Assembly: GCA_038045945.1 (NCBI GenBank)
Contig: JBBSXC010000003.1
Location: 160,001-224,000 of the forward strand
Reading direction: 5' to 3'
Origin: Nanobdellota archaeon
Lineage (GTDB): Archaea > Nanobdellota > Nanobdellia > Pacearchaeales > GW2011-AR1
DNA: 64,000 nucleotides
Shown here: piece after piece, positions 37,546 to 47,950 of the stretch
Numbering within the stretch: position 1 is the stretch's first letter
How the letters are laid out: each line of letters opens with the position of its first letter
Notes under the pieces: model-generated
The model's input: the letters and a program-made list of their open reading frames with translations, nothing else
The model's database searches: none
Told to the model about the DNA's origin: nothing
Made by a program: the position numbers and the translations under genes

Positions 37546-38982
37546 ATGATGGAAAAAGAAGAATCAAAAATAGAAATTAAAGAAATCTCTAAACACATAT
37601 GGGAAATACCAATGAGCGGAGACATGTTAGTTCCAGGAAGGATATTAGCAAGCAGAATATTAATTGAAGCAATAAAAAAAGATAAAACTATAGAGCAAGT
37701 AAAAAACGTTGCCTGTTTACCAGGAATAATCGGAGCCTCAATAGCTCAATCGGACGCCCATTGGGGCTACGGTTTTAGTATAGGAGGGGTAGCAGCTTTT
37801 GACACTAAAACAGGAGTTATATCCCCAGGGGGAGTAGGATACGACATTAATTGTGGAGTAAGACTAATAAAAACAAACCTAAAAATGAAAGATGTAGAAA
37901 AAAAGAAAGAGTTAATAGTTAATGCGCTCTACGAAGCCGTTCCTAGCGGAGTTGGAGAAAAAGGCAGAATAAAGCTTAGTGATGATGAACTAAACCAAGT
38001 AATGACTGGAGGAGCACAATGGGCAATAAGCAAAGGTTACGGTAAAGAAGAAGACTGGCAACACATAGAAGATTATGGAAAACTAGAAAAAGCAAACCCA
38101 AAAATAATAAGTCCAAGAGCAAAAGCTAGAGGAAGACCACAACTAGGAAGCCTCGGAGCAGGAAACCACTTTGTAGAATTACAATATGTGGATGAAATAT
38201 TTGATGAAAAAACAGCCCAAGCTTTCGGTTTAGAGAAAGGGATGATAACAATAATGATTCATTGCGGCTCCAGGGGTTTAGGACACCAAGTAGCAAGCGA
38301 TTACATAGAAAAAATGGAAAAAGAGTATTCTTGGCCTAAACAAGACAGACAACTAACTAACGCACCAATAAACAGCAAACTAGGAGAAGAATACTTCGGA
38401 GCCATGTGCGCAGCAGCAAACTTCGCTTATGCTAACAGGCAAATAATAACACACTGGATCAGAGAAGCAATGAAAAAGTTATACCCAGGCTTTGTTGCAG
38501 AAGTAGTATACGATGTATGCCACAACATAGCAAAATTCGAAAAACACACAGTTAACGGTAAAGAAAAAGAAGTACTAATAATGAGAAAAGGAGCAACAAG
38601 ATCATTCGGACCAGGAAGAAAAGAGTTATCAGCAGATTACAGAAAAACAGGACAACCCGTAATAATTCCAGGAAGCATGGGAACAGCATCATACGTCCTT
38701 GTTGGAACGCAAGAAGCAGAAAGAATAAGCTGGGGCTCAACTGCTCATGGAGCAGGACGCTTATCCTCCAGAACACAAGCAAAGAGAGAACTTAAAGTAG
38801 AAGATATAATAAAACAACTAAAAGATAAAGGAATAGTAATAAAATCAGGAAGCATGAAAGGAATAGTAGAAGAAGCACCACAAGTATACAAAGACATAGA
38901 AGAAGTAGCAAGAGTAAGTGACGAATTAGGAATAGGGAAAAAAGTCGTTAGACTAAAACCAATAGGCGTAATAAAAGGATAG
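37546..38982 (+). CDS. rtcB: RNA-splicing ligase RtcB
   Basis: DAHWGYG, GYDINCGVR, GNHF.E, HCGSRG, HN, RKGA, HGAGR. Confidence 0.97.
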   Translation: MMEKEESKIEIKEISKHIWEIPMSGDMLVPGRILASRILIEAIKKDKTIEQVKNVACLPGIIGASIAQSDAHWGYGFSIGGVAAFDTKTGVISPGGVGYDINCGVRLIKTNLKMKDVEKKKELIVNALYEAVPSGVGEKGRIKLSDDELNQVMTGGAQWAISKGYGKEEDWQHIEDYGKLEKANPKIISPRAKARGRPQLGSLGAGNHFVELQYVDEIFDEKTAQAFGLEKGMITIMIHCGSRGLGHQVASDYIEKMEKEYSWPKQDRQLTNAPINSKLGEEYFGAMCAAANFAYANRQIITHWIREAMKKLYPGFVAEVVYDVCHNIAKFEKHTVNGKEKEVLIMRKGATRSFGPGRKELSADYRKTGQPVIIPGSMGTASYVLVGTQEAERISWGSTAHGAGRLSSRTQAKRELKVEDIIKQLKDKGIVIKSGSMKGIVEEAPQVYKDIEEVARVSDELGIGKKVVRLKPIGVIKG

Positions 38983-38993
38983 GCTACTAATCC

Positions 38994-39830
38994 CTATTCT
39001 CTAAGGAATTTATAAGCGTCTTCTACACCGCGATCAAAAGTTTTACTTATATTATCAAGATTAACATCAAAATTAGAAAGCATAGCAGTCGGCCCATCAG
39101 GCCGGATAACTCTTATTGAAGGATCATTTTCTAAAGCATCAAGAACCCTGCAAGTATTATCAGCGTAACCCCAAAGTTTAGAAGCTAAAACAGGACGATG
39201 AGCAGATAATAATCCAAGAATTCTCCCAAAATTCCTTCTTCGCCTAAGAACATGTGAAAAATCTTTATGATGATTAATAACCACAACGATTTCTTCACAA
39301 CCATCCTGCTTTGCTCTAGAAACAGGAAATGGGTCACTAAACCCTCCATCAAAATAATTAGAACCACCAATATTTACAGGCCTACTTACAAAAGGAATAG
39401 AGCAAGAAGCACTCATACTACGAAAAACGTTTTCTTTAGTAGGAGTAAAATAATTAGGTTTACCAGTTTTAGCATTAGTCATAACATATGTAATCTTAGG
39501 ATCCTCACTAAAGAGTGTTTCCAAATCAAGTCTTGACCTATCACTTTGAAAAATCTCCTCTAAATAACTAAGCCTCATCACGTTACCAGTCAGGAAATTC
39601 ATAAAAGACAAATCAACTAGGTTATTACCACCAATATGATTCTTCCAAGTATTCTCAATAACATCAGGCTGCCCTGAAAACATGAAAGTTAAGGGGTAAG
39701 TTCCAACTGAACAGGCATAACCTCTATCAAAATGTCTTCTGCCTTTTACTCTTCCAAAAGTTGCAGCTACCCCAGCACTATAAGCCCCGCTAGTTCCCCC
39801 AGGACCAAAAATAATAGCACGTTTAACCAT
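38994..39830 (-). CDS. patatin-like phospholipase
   Basis: GGTSGAYSAG oxyanion loop, ACSVG nucleophile, ASCSIP, DGG. Confidence 0.85.
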   Translation of the reverse strand: MVKRAIIFGPGGTSGAYSAGVAATFGRVKGRRHFDRGYACSVGTYPLTFMFSGQPDVIENTWKNHIGGNNLVDLSFMNFLTGNVMRLSYLEEIFQSDRSRLDLETLFSEDPKITYVMTNAKTGKPNYFTPTKENVFRSMSASCSIPFVSRPVNIGGSNYFDGGFSDPFPVSRAKQDGCEEIVVVINHHKDFSHVLRRRRNFGRILGLLSAHRPVLASKLWGYADNTCRVLDALENDPSIRVIRPDGPTAMLSNFDVNLDNISKTFDRGVEDAYKFLRE

Positions 39831-39923
39831 GTCTTAACCACTTATTAGTGTGTTTTAAAGTTAATCTCGACAAACATTAATCTTCCGGGATAACTTTATA
39901 AATCTCTTAATTCTCTATAAAAT

Positions 39924-42068
39924 ATGAATAAAAAGGTGCTATTAGTATTAGTAATAACAACGATTCTAACAACAATAACAGCTTATCAAGCAAGCGCACA
40001 AGCAGCAACATGTTACGATAACCAAACAATAATATTCTTATCAGGAGCGACAAACGCTCACGGAGCAATAGGAGCAAATAGCGGATACACAAGCAGAATA
40101 TGTTACGATAAAATATTCGGCACGCCTTATACAGGAACAAATCCTACATCATGCACAACAACAAACAAAATAGTAAGATTATCAGGAAACACTAACGCAC
40201 ACGCAGAACAAGTAGGACAAACAACACAAGGATACAGCGACGTATGCTACGGAAACTTAGCATGCGTAAGTAGAACACTACAAAACTGCCAAGAAGGAGA
40301 AAAAGAAGTTTTAAGATTATCATCACAAAAAAATTCTCATTTAGCAGTTAATGGAAGTGCAGGACCAATAGCTGTATGTTGTAGAATATTAGGAAATCTT
40401 TCAGGAGCAAGATGGGAAAACCTAATAGGACAAGAAATAATAATAACAAGCACGGGAAGCACTGTAGCAATGGTAGTACCTGGAACTGACTTAGACAAAA
40501 CAACAATAAATTACACGATAGAAAAACAAACAACAAACTGGTTCTTTTTCAAAACATGGAATGTTGCATCAAGTTCATCAACAAAGGGAATAAAAACTGA
40601 ACAATTAAACGATGAAGGGATTTATAGGTTTAGAGCAAAAATACCAGGACAAACAGAAAAAGTTTCAGCAGAACTACAAGTAATAACAAGCACAAGTACA
40701 AGCAACAGTCCGCCAAGAGTGGCAATAAAAGCACCAATAGACACTGGAATATACTTCCTAAACCAAACACTAAACTTCACAGCCGAAGTAACAGACACGG
40801 ACGACCCATTATTAACATACAGTTGGAGTTTTGGTGATGGACAAATTTCAACACTAGCAAATGTTTATAAAATATATTCAAGCCCAGGACAAAAAACGAT
40901 AATCCTAAGAGTAACAGACAGCAGAGGAGCATACGGAGAAGCAAAAGCAGAAATATTACTGGTTAACTCATCATACATGCTAGCATACATATCCTCACCA
41001 ACATACAACCAAATAATACAGGGACTCACAACAACATTTAACGCATCAGGAAAAAGTTACGTTGTAAACGTAACATACTCACCATTTAGCATAAGATGCG
41101 TAGCAGGAAATTGTCCAAACCAAACAGCAGACGGACAAATAAGCATACAAGGAACACCAGCAGCAATAGATAACATAAACTTCTCATGGGCACTAAGTGA
41201 CGGATACACAAGAAGCGGACAAGGAAGCAGTACAGCAACAGTAACATACAAGTTCACAACACCAGGACAAAAAAGCGCAAGGATGAACATAAGCATAAGC
41301 CCGCAATTCTCATCAATGACATGGACTAACTTCACAGTTTATCAAGAAAGCGGAGTACCATACTGTAAAGTAGTAGGAAGCTCAAGTACTTGGATAACAA
41401 GTGAAGGAAGCGCAAGCAGCATAAACGACTGCTATAACCCAAACGCGCAAGCAGGACAACAAATGTGCTGCCCACTAGGATACACATGCACACAACAAGG
41501 AAGCACAAGCGTGTACAAATGCTTACCAGGAGGGTCATCAGGGGGAGTAGCATCATGCGCAGACTACACAACACAAACAGCTTGTAACGCATTTAACCCA
41601 ACAGTAGCACAAGAAACAGTTAAGGCAGCAAGCCAAGGAGCAGTAACATGCGGTGGAATAATAAAGCATTATGAAGAGAACGGAAAGTTCTATAGAGAAA
41701 TAGCAGACAATTGCAGATGTGTATGGGACGCAAGCGCCAGCGCAGGAACACAATGCAAATCATCATACGACACAATAAAAGAATGCGTTGACGGACTATG
41801 CGGACAACAACAAATAGGAAGCTGTGAAACATCAGTAGCATTAAGCCAAGACTTATGCTCACAACCACAAAAAGTAAAAGTATACAACATTAATTCTGTA
41901 TGGACAGGAAGCGTTGACCAAACACCAGAGTCATGTAAAAGCGGCAGCATACAAAAGGGATGTGTAGACTTTGCACAAATAAGACTACCATTCTTTAATT
42001 ATTTACAACTGATAATAACAATAGCAATAATAACAGGTTTTTATTATTACAAAAAAAGAAGGAACTGA
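39924..42068 (+). CDS. large PKD-domain surface protein with N-terminal S..TNAH repeats
   Basis: Signal peptide, YSWSFGDG PKD, Cys-rich region, C-terminal LPFF-TM-basic tail. Confidence 0.85.
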   Translation: MNKKVLLVLVITTILTTITAYQASAQAATCYDNQTIIFLSGATNAHGAIGANSGYTSRICYDKIFGTPYTGTNPTSCTTTNKIVRLSGNTNAHAEQVGQTTQGYSDVCYGNLACVSRTLQNCQEGEKEVLRLSSQKNSHLAVNGSAGPIAVCCRILGNLSGARWENLIGQEIIITSTGSTVAMVVPGTDLDKTTINYTIEKQTTNWFFFKTWNVASSSSTKGIKTEQLNDEGIYRFRAKIPGQTEKVSAELQVITSTSTSNSPPRVAIKAPIDTGIYFLNQTLNFTAEVTDTDDPLLTYSWSFGDGQISTLANVYKIYSSPGQKTIILRVTDSRGAYGEAKAEILLVNSSYMLAYISSPTYNQIIQGLTTTFNASGKSYVVNVTYSPFSIRCVAGNCPNQTADGQISIQGTPAAIDNINFSWALSDGYTRSGQGSSTATVTYKFTTPGQKSARMNISISPQFSSMTWTNFTVYQESGVPYCKVVGSSSTWITSEGSASSINDCYNPNAQAGQQMCCPLGYTCTQQGSTSVYKCLPGGSSGGVASCADYTTQTACNAFNPTVAQETVKAASQGAVTCGGIIKHYEENGKFYREIADNCRCVWDASASAGTQCKSSYDTIKECVDGLCGQQQIGSCETSVALSQDLCSQPQKVKVYNINSVWTGSVDQTPESCKSGSIQKGCVDFAQIRLPFFNYLQLIITIAIITGFYYYKKRRN

Positions 42069-42074
42069 AAAAAC

Positions 42075-44753
42075 ATGAATAAAAGAGTGACAATAATATT
42101 AGGATTACTTCTAATGACTTTAACACCATTAGTAATGGCAGGTTATAATAAAGGAGTGCCAATTGATGGACTAGTAAGCAGTTACCCGAGTAATACAGCA
42201 GTAAGTGGATGGTTAAACATGAGCTTCTCGCAAGAACCAGCAGACTCAGTATTCACCGCAAACGTACAAGGAAACATAACACTCCAAGAATTATTAGAAT
42301 ACAATAACATAAGTTATGATTGCAACCCAACAGATTGTAAACCATCATACACAGCATCAAGCAGCGATGGATCAACAACAAAGGATTTCTCACTAAGCAC
42401 ATCAAACAAACTAATAACAATAAAAGTTGTAGGAAACTTCAAAGAAGTAATAAGTGACGGATTCTCAATGAAGATACAAGCAACAAACAGCGACACATGC
42501 CAAAACCCACTAATGATAGACATACTAGACGACCAAGAAGTAGACTTCATAAGCAAAAATTATTCCTCAGACTACTCATGTAAGTACGAAAGCGGTTACG
42601 GATGCTTTAGCTTAACAGAACAAGCACAAGAAACAGAAATACAAGAAACACCATACTGTAACAAAATAAAAATACCAGCAGGAAACTCATACGAGATAGG
42701 AGCAGAAATAAAAAAAGGAGCACAAGCAATAACATACGATAATGGGTTACTAAACATGGAACTTTATGGATTAGAAGGAGAATTCATTGATTCATGCTCA
42801 TTCAAAACACCAGGACCATCAATTAACGGAGGAGAAATAGGATGCTACATTAATTACACTAATAATGACCTGGCAGAATACTTCTTGTGCTTATCAGCAA
42901 CAGAAAGTTCATCAGGGTACATAACAAAATACGAAACGAGCAGCAAAGCTTGCGGATTCTTTGACAACCCACCAAGCCAAAACTACGAAGCAAACTACAA
43001 ATTATACACAAAAGGAGCAAAATACGGAAATGTTGGAACGATAGAAATAAATGACACAACATACGAAGAAGGAGGTTTAAGCTCATCAAGCCTAACATCA
43101 ATAATAACATCATACATAAACGAAAAGTTCGATGGAAACTGCACAGAAGGATGCGCAATACCAATAATGATAAGTTCAGATTCACAAACACAAATAAAAA
43201 TTGTTTCATCATCACTAAAATACAGAACAAACGTGGGAGTAATAGAAACAAAAACAGTTTATGATTCAAGCAAACAACCAATAAGAATAAGCACACCATA
43301 CACAAAACTTGATTTGACAAAAGCAAACTTCCAAGTAGGAAGCAATTACGGAAATTCAACCTTGCGAATATACTACAAAAACATAGAAATACTAAACAAA
43401 AAAATAGAGATAAAAAAGATTCCAGTAATACAAAGCATAAGACCAACAAGCGCAGCAGCATACCAAAACACAGTATTCACATCAACAATAATAAACAAAC
43501 CAGTCGGTAACAACACATTAACATACAACTGGGATTTTGGTGACGGAAGCGCAGGAATCCAAACAAAAGAGAACTCGAGCACCCACAAATATACAGATAT
43601 AGGAAACTTCACAGTAAAACTAACAATAACAGACACGCAGGGAAACACAAACACAAAAACATCAACAATAAGCATAGGAAGCCCAAAAACAATAATAAAC
43701 ACAACAATAACTAATTACAAAAAGAACCTTAACAAAGTAGCAGTACAAATAAGCCAACTACCACAATGGCAAGCAAAAAGAATTAAAGAAATAATAGACA
43801 TTAACCAGTCACAAACAGTTCTAGACCAAGCAATAAAAGACTACACGGCAGCACTAAACGAGGATGACGATGAAGAGTTCTTATCAATAATGGAGTCATT
43901 ATCAGACATTTACGTACCAAGAGAAATAAACATAAGCAGTAAAGCAACAAACGTACCATACTTACCAGAAGAAGATAACTTCAACCAAGAAGAATTACAA
44001 GAATTATCAGCAGAAACATACCCAGAATCAGAAAACACAGCAAGAGCAATAAATGACTGGGCAGAACAAAACTTAGAAGTAAGTTATGATTACCAAACAA
44101 TAGCAGGATACTCAGAATCAGGAATTGATAACATAATAACAACATACAAAATAAGAATAAAACCAATAACAGATGAAGCAAACAAAGTTTACTTAATAAT
44201 CAATGATGAAACAGCAGAATTCGCAAGTGATTACTCACAAACAGAGGGAATAGGATACTACGGCATGACACTAGACTTAAGTTCAGGAGAAAAAACAGTA
44301 GAGTTCTCAGTAGAAGGATCGGACACACCAACAGAAATAATATTCTCAATAAGTCCGCAAGCAGCAAAAATAGACTTATCAAAATATGATGATATAGGAG
44401 AGATAAAACCATGCAATTATAACAACGTTTGCGAATTACAACTTAACGAAGACAAATACACATGCCCAAGCGACTGCAAAAGCAACACTAAAAAAATATG
44501 GGCGATAGCAGCAGTCTTAGCACTAGCAATAATCGCTTACGCCCTAATGATGTGGTGGTACAGAAACAAGTACGCACTACACTTATTCAAAAACAAAAAT
44601 GATTACTTAAACATCATGAACTACATTTACAAATCAGACAAAGCAAAAATAAGCAAAGAAAAAATAATGGAAAACTTAACTAAGAGTGGTTGGAAAAACG
44701 AACAGATAGAATTCGCATGGAAAAAGTACCAAAAAGACAACAAAAACAAATAA
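42075..44753 (+). CDS. large PKD-domain surface protein
   Basis: Signal peptide, YNWDFGDG, C-terminal CNYNNVCE..CPSDC, TM and cytoplasmic tail. Confidence 0.85.
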   Translation: MNKRVTIILGLLLMTLTPLVMAGYNKGVPIDGLVSSYPSNTAVSGWLNMSFSQEPADSVFTANVQGNITLQELLEYNNISYDCNPTDCKPSYTASSSDGSTTKDFSLSTSNKLITIKVVGNFKEVISDGFSMKIQATNSDTCQNPLMIDILDDQEVDFISKNYSSDYSCKYESGYGCFSLTEQAQETEIQETPYCNKIKIPAGNSYEIGAEIKKGAQAITYDNGLLNMELYGLEGEFIDSCSFKTPGPSINGGEIGCYINYTNNDLAEYFLCLSATESSSGYITKYETSSKACGFFDNPPSQNYEANYKLYTKGAKYGNVGTIEINDTTYEEGGLSSSSLTSIITSYINEKFDGNCTEGCAIPIMISSDSQTQIKIVSSSLKYRTNVGVIETKTVYDSSKQPIRISTPYTKLDLTKANFQVGSNYGNSTLRIYYKNIEILNKKIEIKKIPVIQSIRPTSAAAYQNTVFTSTIINKPVGNNTLTYNWDFGDGSAGIQTKENSSTHKYTDIGNFTVKLTITDTQGNTNTKTSTISIGSPKTIINTTITNYKKNLNKVAVQISQLPQWQAKRIKEIIDINQSQTVLDQAIKDYTAALNEDDDEEFLSIMESLSDIYVPREINISSKATNVPYLPEEDNFNQEELQELSAETYPESENTARAINDWAEQNLEVSYDYQTIAGYSESGIDNIITTYKIRIKPITDEANKVYLIINDETAEFASDYSQTEGIGYYGMTLDLSSGEKTVEFSVEGSDTPTEIIFSISPQAAKIDLSKYDDIGEIKPCNYNNVCELQLNEDKYTCPSDCKSNTKKIWAIAAVLALAIIAYALMMWWYRNKYALHLFKNKNDYLNIMNYIYKSDKAKISKEKIMENLTKSGWKNEQIEFAWKKYQKDNKNK

Positions 44754-44814
44754 AATAATCATAAATCATATGAAAGTTTATAAAGGAAAGTGCTAAAGTA
44801 ATAATAACAAAACA

Positions 44815-45456
44815 ATGGTGATAAAAATATTTAAAAACTTTTTTGACAAATTCTCAAGTATATTTGCGAGTAAAAAAGGAATAAGTTTAGGATTCTACGG
44901 TCCACCAAACGCAGGTAAAAGCAGTTTAGCTAACAAAATATGCAAAGACTGGACTGGTGAAGAAATGAGTAGTGTAAGTAAAATACCTCATGAGACACGC
45001 AACGTTCAAATAAAAGAAAAAGTAGACATTGAGTACGAGGGAAAGAAACTAACACTAAAACTAGTTGATACACCAGGAATAGCAACAAAAATAGATTATG
45101 AAGACTTCTTAAAATTTGGAATGAACAAAAAAGACGCACAAGTAAGGGCTAAAGAAGCAACACAAGGAATAGTAGAATCAATAAAGTGGTTAGACGACGT
45201 AGACTTAGTAATAGTAGTATTAGACAGCACACAAAACCCATACTCACAAGTAAACATAACAATTATAGGGAACCTAATAGCAAGAAAAATACCAGTGCTA
45301 ATAGTAGGTAATAAGATAGACCTAAAAAAATCAGATATTAGAAGAGTAGAATCAGCATTCCCAGAATACGACGTTGTCGGAATATCAGCAAGAAGCGGTA
45401 AAGGAATGAAAGAATTCTACGAATTATTATTTAAACTAGCTAAAAAAGTGAAATAA
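44815..45456 (+). CDS. oapA: Era-like GTP-binding protein OapA
   Basis: GPPNAGKS, PHETR, DTPG, NKID; followed by DUF2073-like gene. Confidence 0.88.
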   Translation: MVIKIFKNFFDKFSSIFASKKGISLGFYGPPNAGKSSLANKICKDWTGEEMSSVSKIPHETRNVQIKEKVDIEYEGKKLTLKLVDTPGIATKIDYEDFLKFGMNKKDAQVRAKEATQGIVESIKWLDDVDLVIVVLDSTQNPYSQVNITIIGNLIARKIPVLIVGNKIDLKKSDIRRVESAFPEYDVVGISARSGKGMKEFYELLFKLAKKVK

Positions 45457-45461
45457 TAACC

Positions 45462-45866
45462 ATGGGACACAAAAAAACAGTTAAATTAGGAAACAACACC
45501 CTAGCTATAAGCTTCATACCTTACAGCGAACTAGCAAGCATGGAAAGCATGACAAAAATAAAGAAGATTCTTGATTGGTGCCTTGATAACAGAATTCTAA
45601 TAATTCAAGGATCATTAACACCAACAGAAGAAGCAAGTCTTATACAAAGCACTATGGCACTTGTTGGAAGAGTTAAAGGATTCAAAGGTATCGAAATAGC
45701 AACAATTAACGGTAACAAAAAAGAAGAAACACTAATGGAAAGAATGAAAGAAAACTTAGCAAAAGCACTCGTAGGTGACAGAGCAATAATAACTCTCATT
45801 GGACCAGCAGCAATAGTAAAAGACATAAAGAAAGACCCAAAAAAGATAGAACTACTACTAAAATAA
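45462..45866 (+). CDS. oapB: OapB (DUF2073 family)
   Basis: KI.KILD, L.P.EE..LI..TM, F.GIEI, T.IGPA. Confidence 0.85.
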   Translation: MGHKKTVKLGNNTLAISFIPYSELASMESMTKIKKILDWCLDNRILIIQGSLTPTEEASLIQSTMALVGRVKGFKGIEIATINGNKKEETLMERMKENLAKALVGDRAIITLIGPAAIVKDIKKDPKKIELLLK

Positions 45867-45869
45867 TAA

Positions 45870-46187
45870 ATGAAAAAGTCAAGAGAATTCTCAATAAGCA
45901 CAATTATCTTACTAGTTATACTTTCAATAAGAGCAATAATACAATTATTTGGTGCAGTAACACTATATAGCCCACTTTTCACTCCCATATTCTTCTTATT
46001 GGCCGCGCTTTATATCGTAGCAATTATTGGCATAATAAAAAAGCATAAGTGGGGATTAATATCCTCATTTATAGTAGCCGTGATTGATGTAATGATAGCA
46101 TTATCCATAGGAGGAGCAGCCTCTTTAGGAGCGGGAATAATCGACTTAACAATAATATTCTTAACTTATAAAGAATACAAAAAATAA
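45870..46187 (+). CDS. small 4-TM membrane protein
   Basis: Almost entirely hydrophobic. Confidence 0.65.
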   Translation: MKKSREFSISTIILLVILSIRAIIQLFGAVTLYSPLFTPIFFLLAALYIVAIIGIIKKHKWGLISSFIVAVIDVMIALSIGGAASLGAGIIDLTIIFLTYKEYKK

Positions 46188-46193
46188 GGATTA

Positions 46194-46676
46194 TTACTTA
46201 ACTAAGAATTCTAATCTGTGTTCAACCTTCCTAACACCAACAGTTTCTTCACCAACAAAACTTAGAGGCCCGTTACTTCTATCAATCGATTTATACAATA
46301 AAGGGTTAATTTTTACTTCTAAACACCAAGAACCAGCAGCATCCCAATCATTAACCCTCTTACGAAAACCCTTACCTCTAGAAGGCTTAACTAAACGATA
46401 CCTAGAAACAATAGCCTCAGGCTCCAAACAACTACCATCACCATCATAAGTATCAACTATCAAAGAAACACTAACTCTCTCACGACCACTCTGTGGAAGA
46501 GGAAAATCTAAAGATGCAGACTTAGGCAGATATAACAAGTCACCAAACTCAGAAGTTGGTGGAGCGGGGATACCTGTAGTATTTGGAGACGGTACAAGTA
46601 AAAGCTTATTTTCACGCTTAGTTTTACTTAAAACAAAACGATAAGTCATAGTTACAGAGTCATAAGTAACATCCAT
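46194..46676 (-). CDS. hypothetical protein
   Basis: 160-aa ORF with upstream TTTTAAAA box. Confidence 0.6.
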   Translation of the reverse strand: MDVTYDSVTMTYRFVLSKTKRENKLLLVPSPNTTGIPAPPTSEFGDLLYLPKSASLDFPLPQSGRERVSVSLIVDTYDGDGSCLEPEAIVSRYRLVKPSRGKGFRKRVNDWDAAGSWCLEVKINPLLYKSIDRSNGPLSFVGEETVGVRKVEHRLEFLVK

Positions 46677-46725
46677 AATAAACTAATAGAAAAGCAGACT
46701 TTTAAAAATAGTTATAACAAAAGAG

Positions 46726-47226
46726 TTACTTTCCAGCCCAGGCTCTTCTTTCACCTTTAAGCTTATAATCTAATATTTCTAACTCTTCATAAATGCCCTC
46801 AATAAGATCATAATTCTTAGCTTCAGTTAGAGTAACCCAAGCGTACTCAGTAAGCTCATCAGAAAGTTTAATATGATCACAAACAGGGTTAGCATAAAGA
46901 CTTACAATAATTGCTGGAATACCATCAGGCCTTGAAAAAACCATACTAGTAACATAACCGATACTTGATGGAACAATGTCAAGATTAGTTTCTTCTTTAA
47001 CTTCCCTCATAACAACGCTTTCTAAAATGTTATACCAACAATCAGGAGTATCCTTAGGTTTATTCATATAATCACTAGTTTCTAATTTTCCCCCAGGAAC
47101 AGTCCACCTACCAGGAAAGGACTTCTCAGACAAAGAACGCTTAGCAATCAAAAACTTACCATTTAACACAAGAATAGCAGTTACAGTTATATAATGAGCC
47201 TTTTTGGGATCATAAACAATAGTCAT
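46726..47226 (-). CDS. NUDIX hydrolase
   Basis: PGRW.VPGGKLE...REVKEETNL. Confidence 0.9.
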   Translation of the reverse strand: MTIVYDPKKAHYITVTAILVLNGKFLIAKRSLSEKSFPGRWTVPGGKLETSDYMNKPKDTPDCWYNILESVVMREVKEETNLDIVPSSIGYVTSMVFSRPDGIPAIIVSLYANPVCDHIKLSDELTEYAWVTLTEAKNYDLIEGIYEELEILDYKLKGERRAWAGK

Positions 47227-47278
47227 AACGATTCTTGTTAATAATCATATTTAAATAATTCCTCAAAATCCTTGACTA

Positions 47279-47896
47279 ATGACAATAAACAACGAAAGAA
47301 AAATATTAGAATCATTTCTACATAACAAAAAACTAAAATTTAGCGAAATAGAAAATTTGCTAAGAATAAGATCAAACAAGTTATCATACCACTTAAAAAG
47401 GATGGTAAAAAATGATTTATTAAAAAAAGAAGGAGATAATTACTTGTTAAGTAAAAAAACAGAAATGCTAATACCATACTTATCAGAGAAAAAAGCAGTG
47501 TTGCCAGTAGTAGTCATAATGATTAAACAAAAAGGCGAAGTTTTTTTAGTAGAAAGAGAAAAAAGACCGTTCAAAGGAAAACTAGCACTACCAGCAGGAA
47601 GAATAATACTAGGGGAAAGAATACAGGAATCAGTTACTAGGATAATGAAAGAAAAATACTTCATAAATGCAGAAATAAAGAAGACTTGTTCATTATCATT
47701 AGAACAAGTAAAAGATGAAGGAAAGATAGTTCATTCTTTCATGCTAATACTAGTAATTGCTAAAACAAAGGACAAATTAGTCTATTCTGACCCTAAAAAG
47801 CTTAAAAATAGGATAATAAAAAGTGATTATGAACTAATAATTAATGATAGCAAGAAAAACCTAAAAATAAAAGAATTCAATACCAAAGATTTATAA
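47279..47896 (+). CDS. wHTH-NUDIX fusion (probable regulator)
   Basis: KFSEI..SNKLSYHL HTH; R..RPFKG..ALPAG degenerate Nudix box. Confidence 0.8.
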   Translation: MTINNERKILESFLHNKKLKFSEIENLLRIRSNKLSYHLKRMVKNDLLKKEGDNYLLSKKTEMLIPYLSEKKAVLPVVVIMIKQKGEVFLVEREKRPFKGKLALPAGRIILGERIQESVTRIMKEKYFINAEIKKTCSLSLEQVKDEGKIVHSFMLILVIAKTKDKLVYSDPKKLKNRIIKSDYELIINDSKKNLKIKEFNTKDL

Positions 47897-47950
47897 TAAT
47901 TCTATAATAGTCACACAATATTATTATACATATTTCACCTTTTTATTAAT

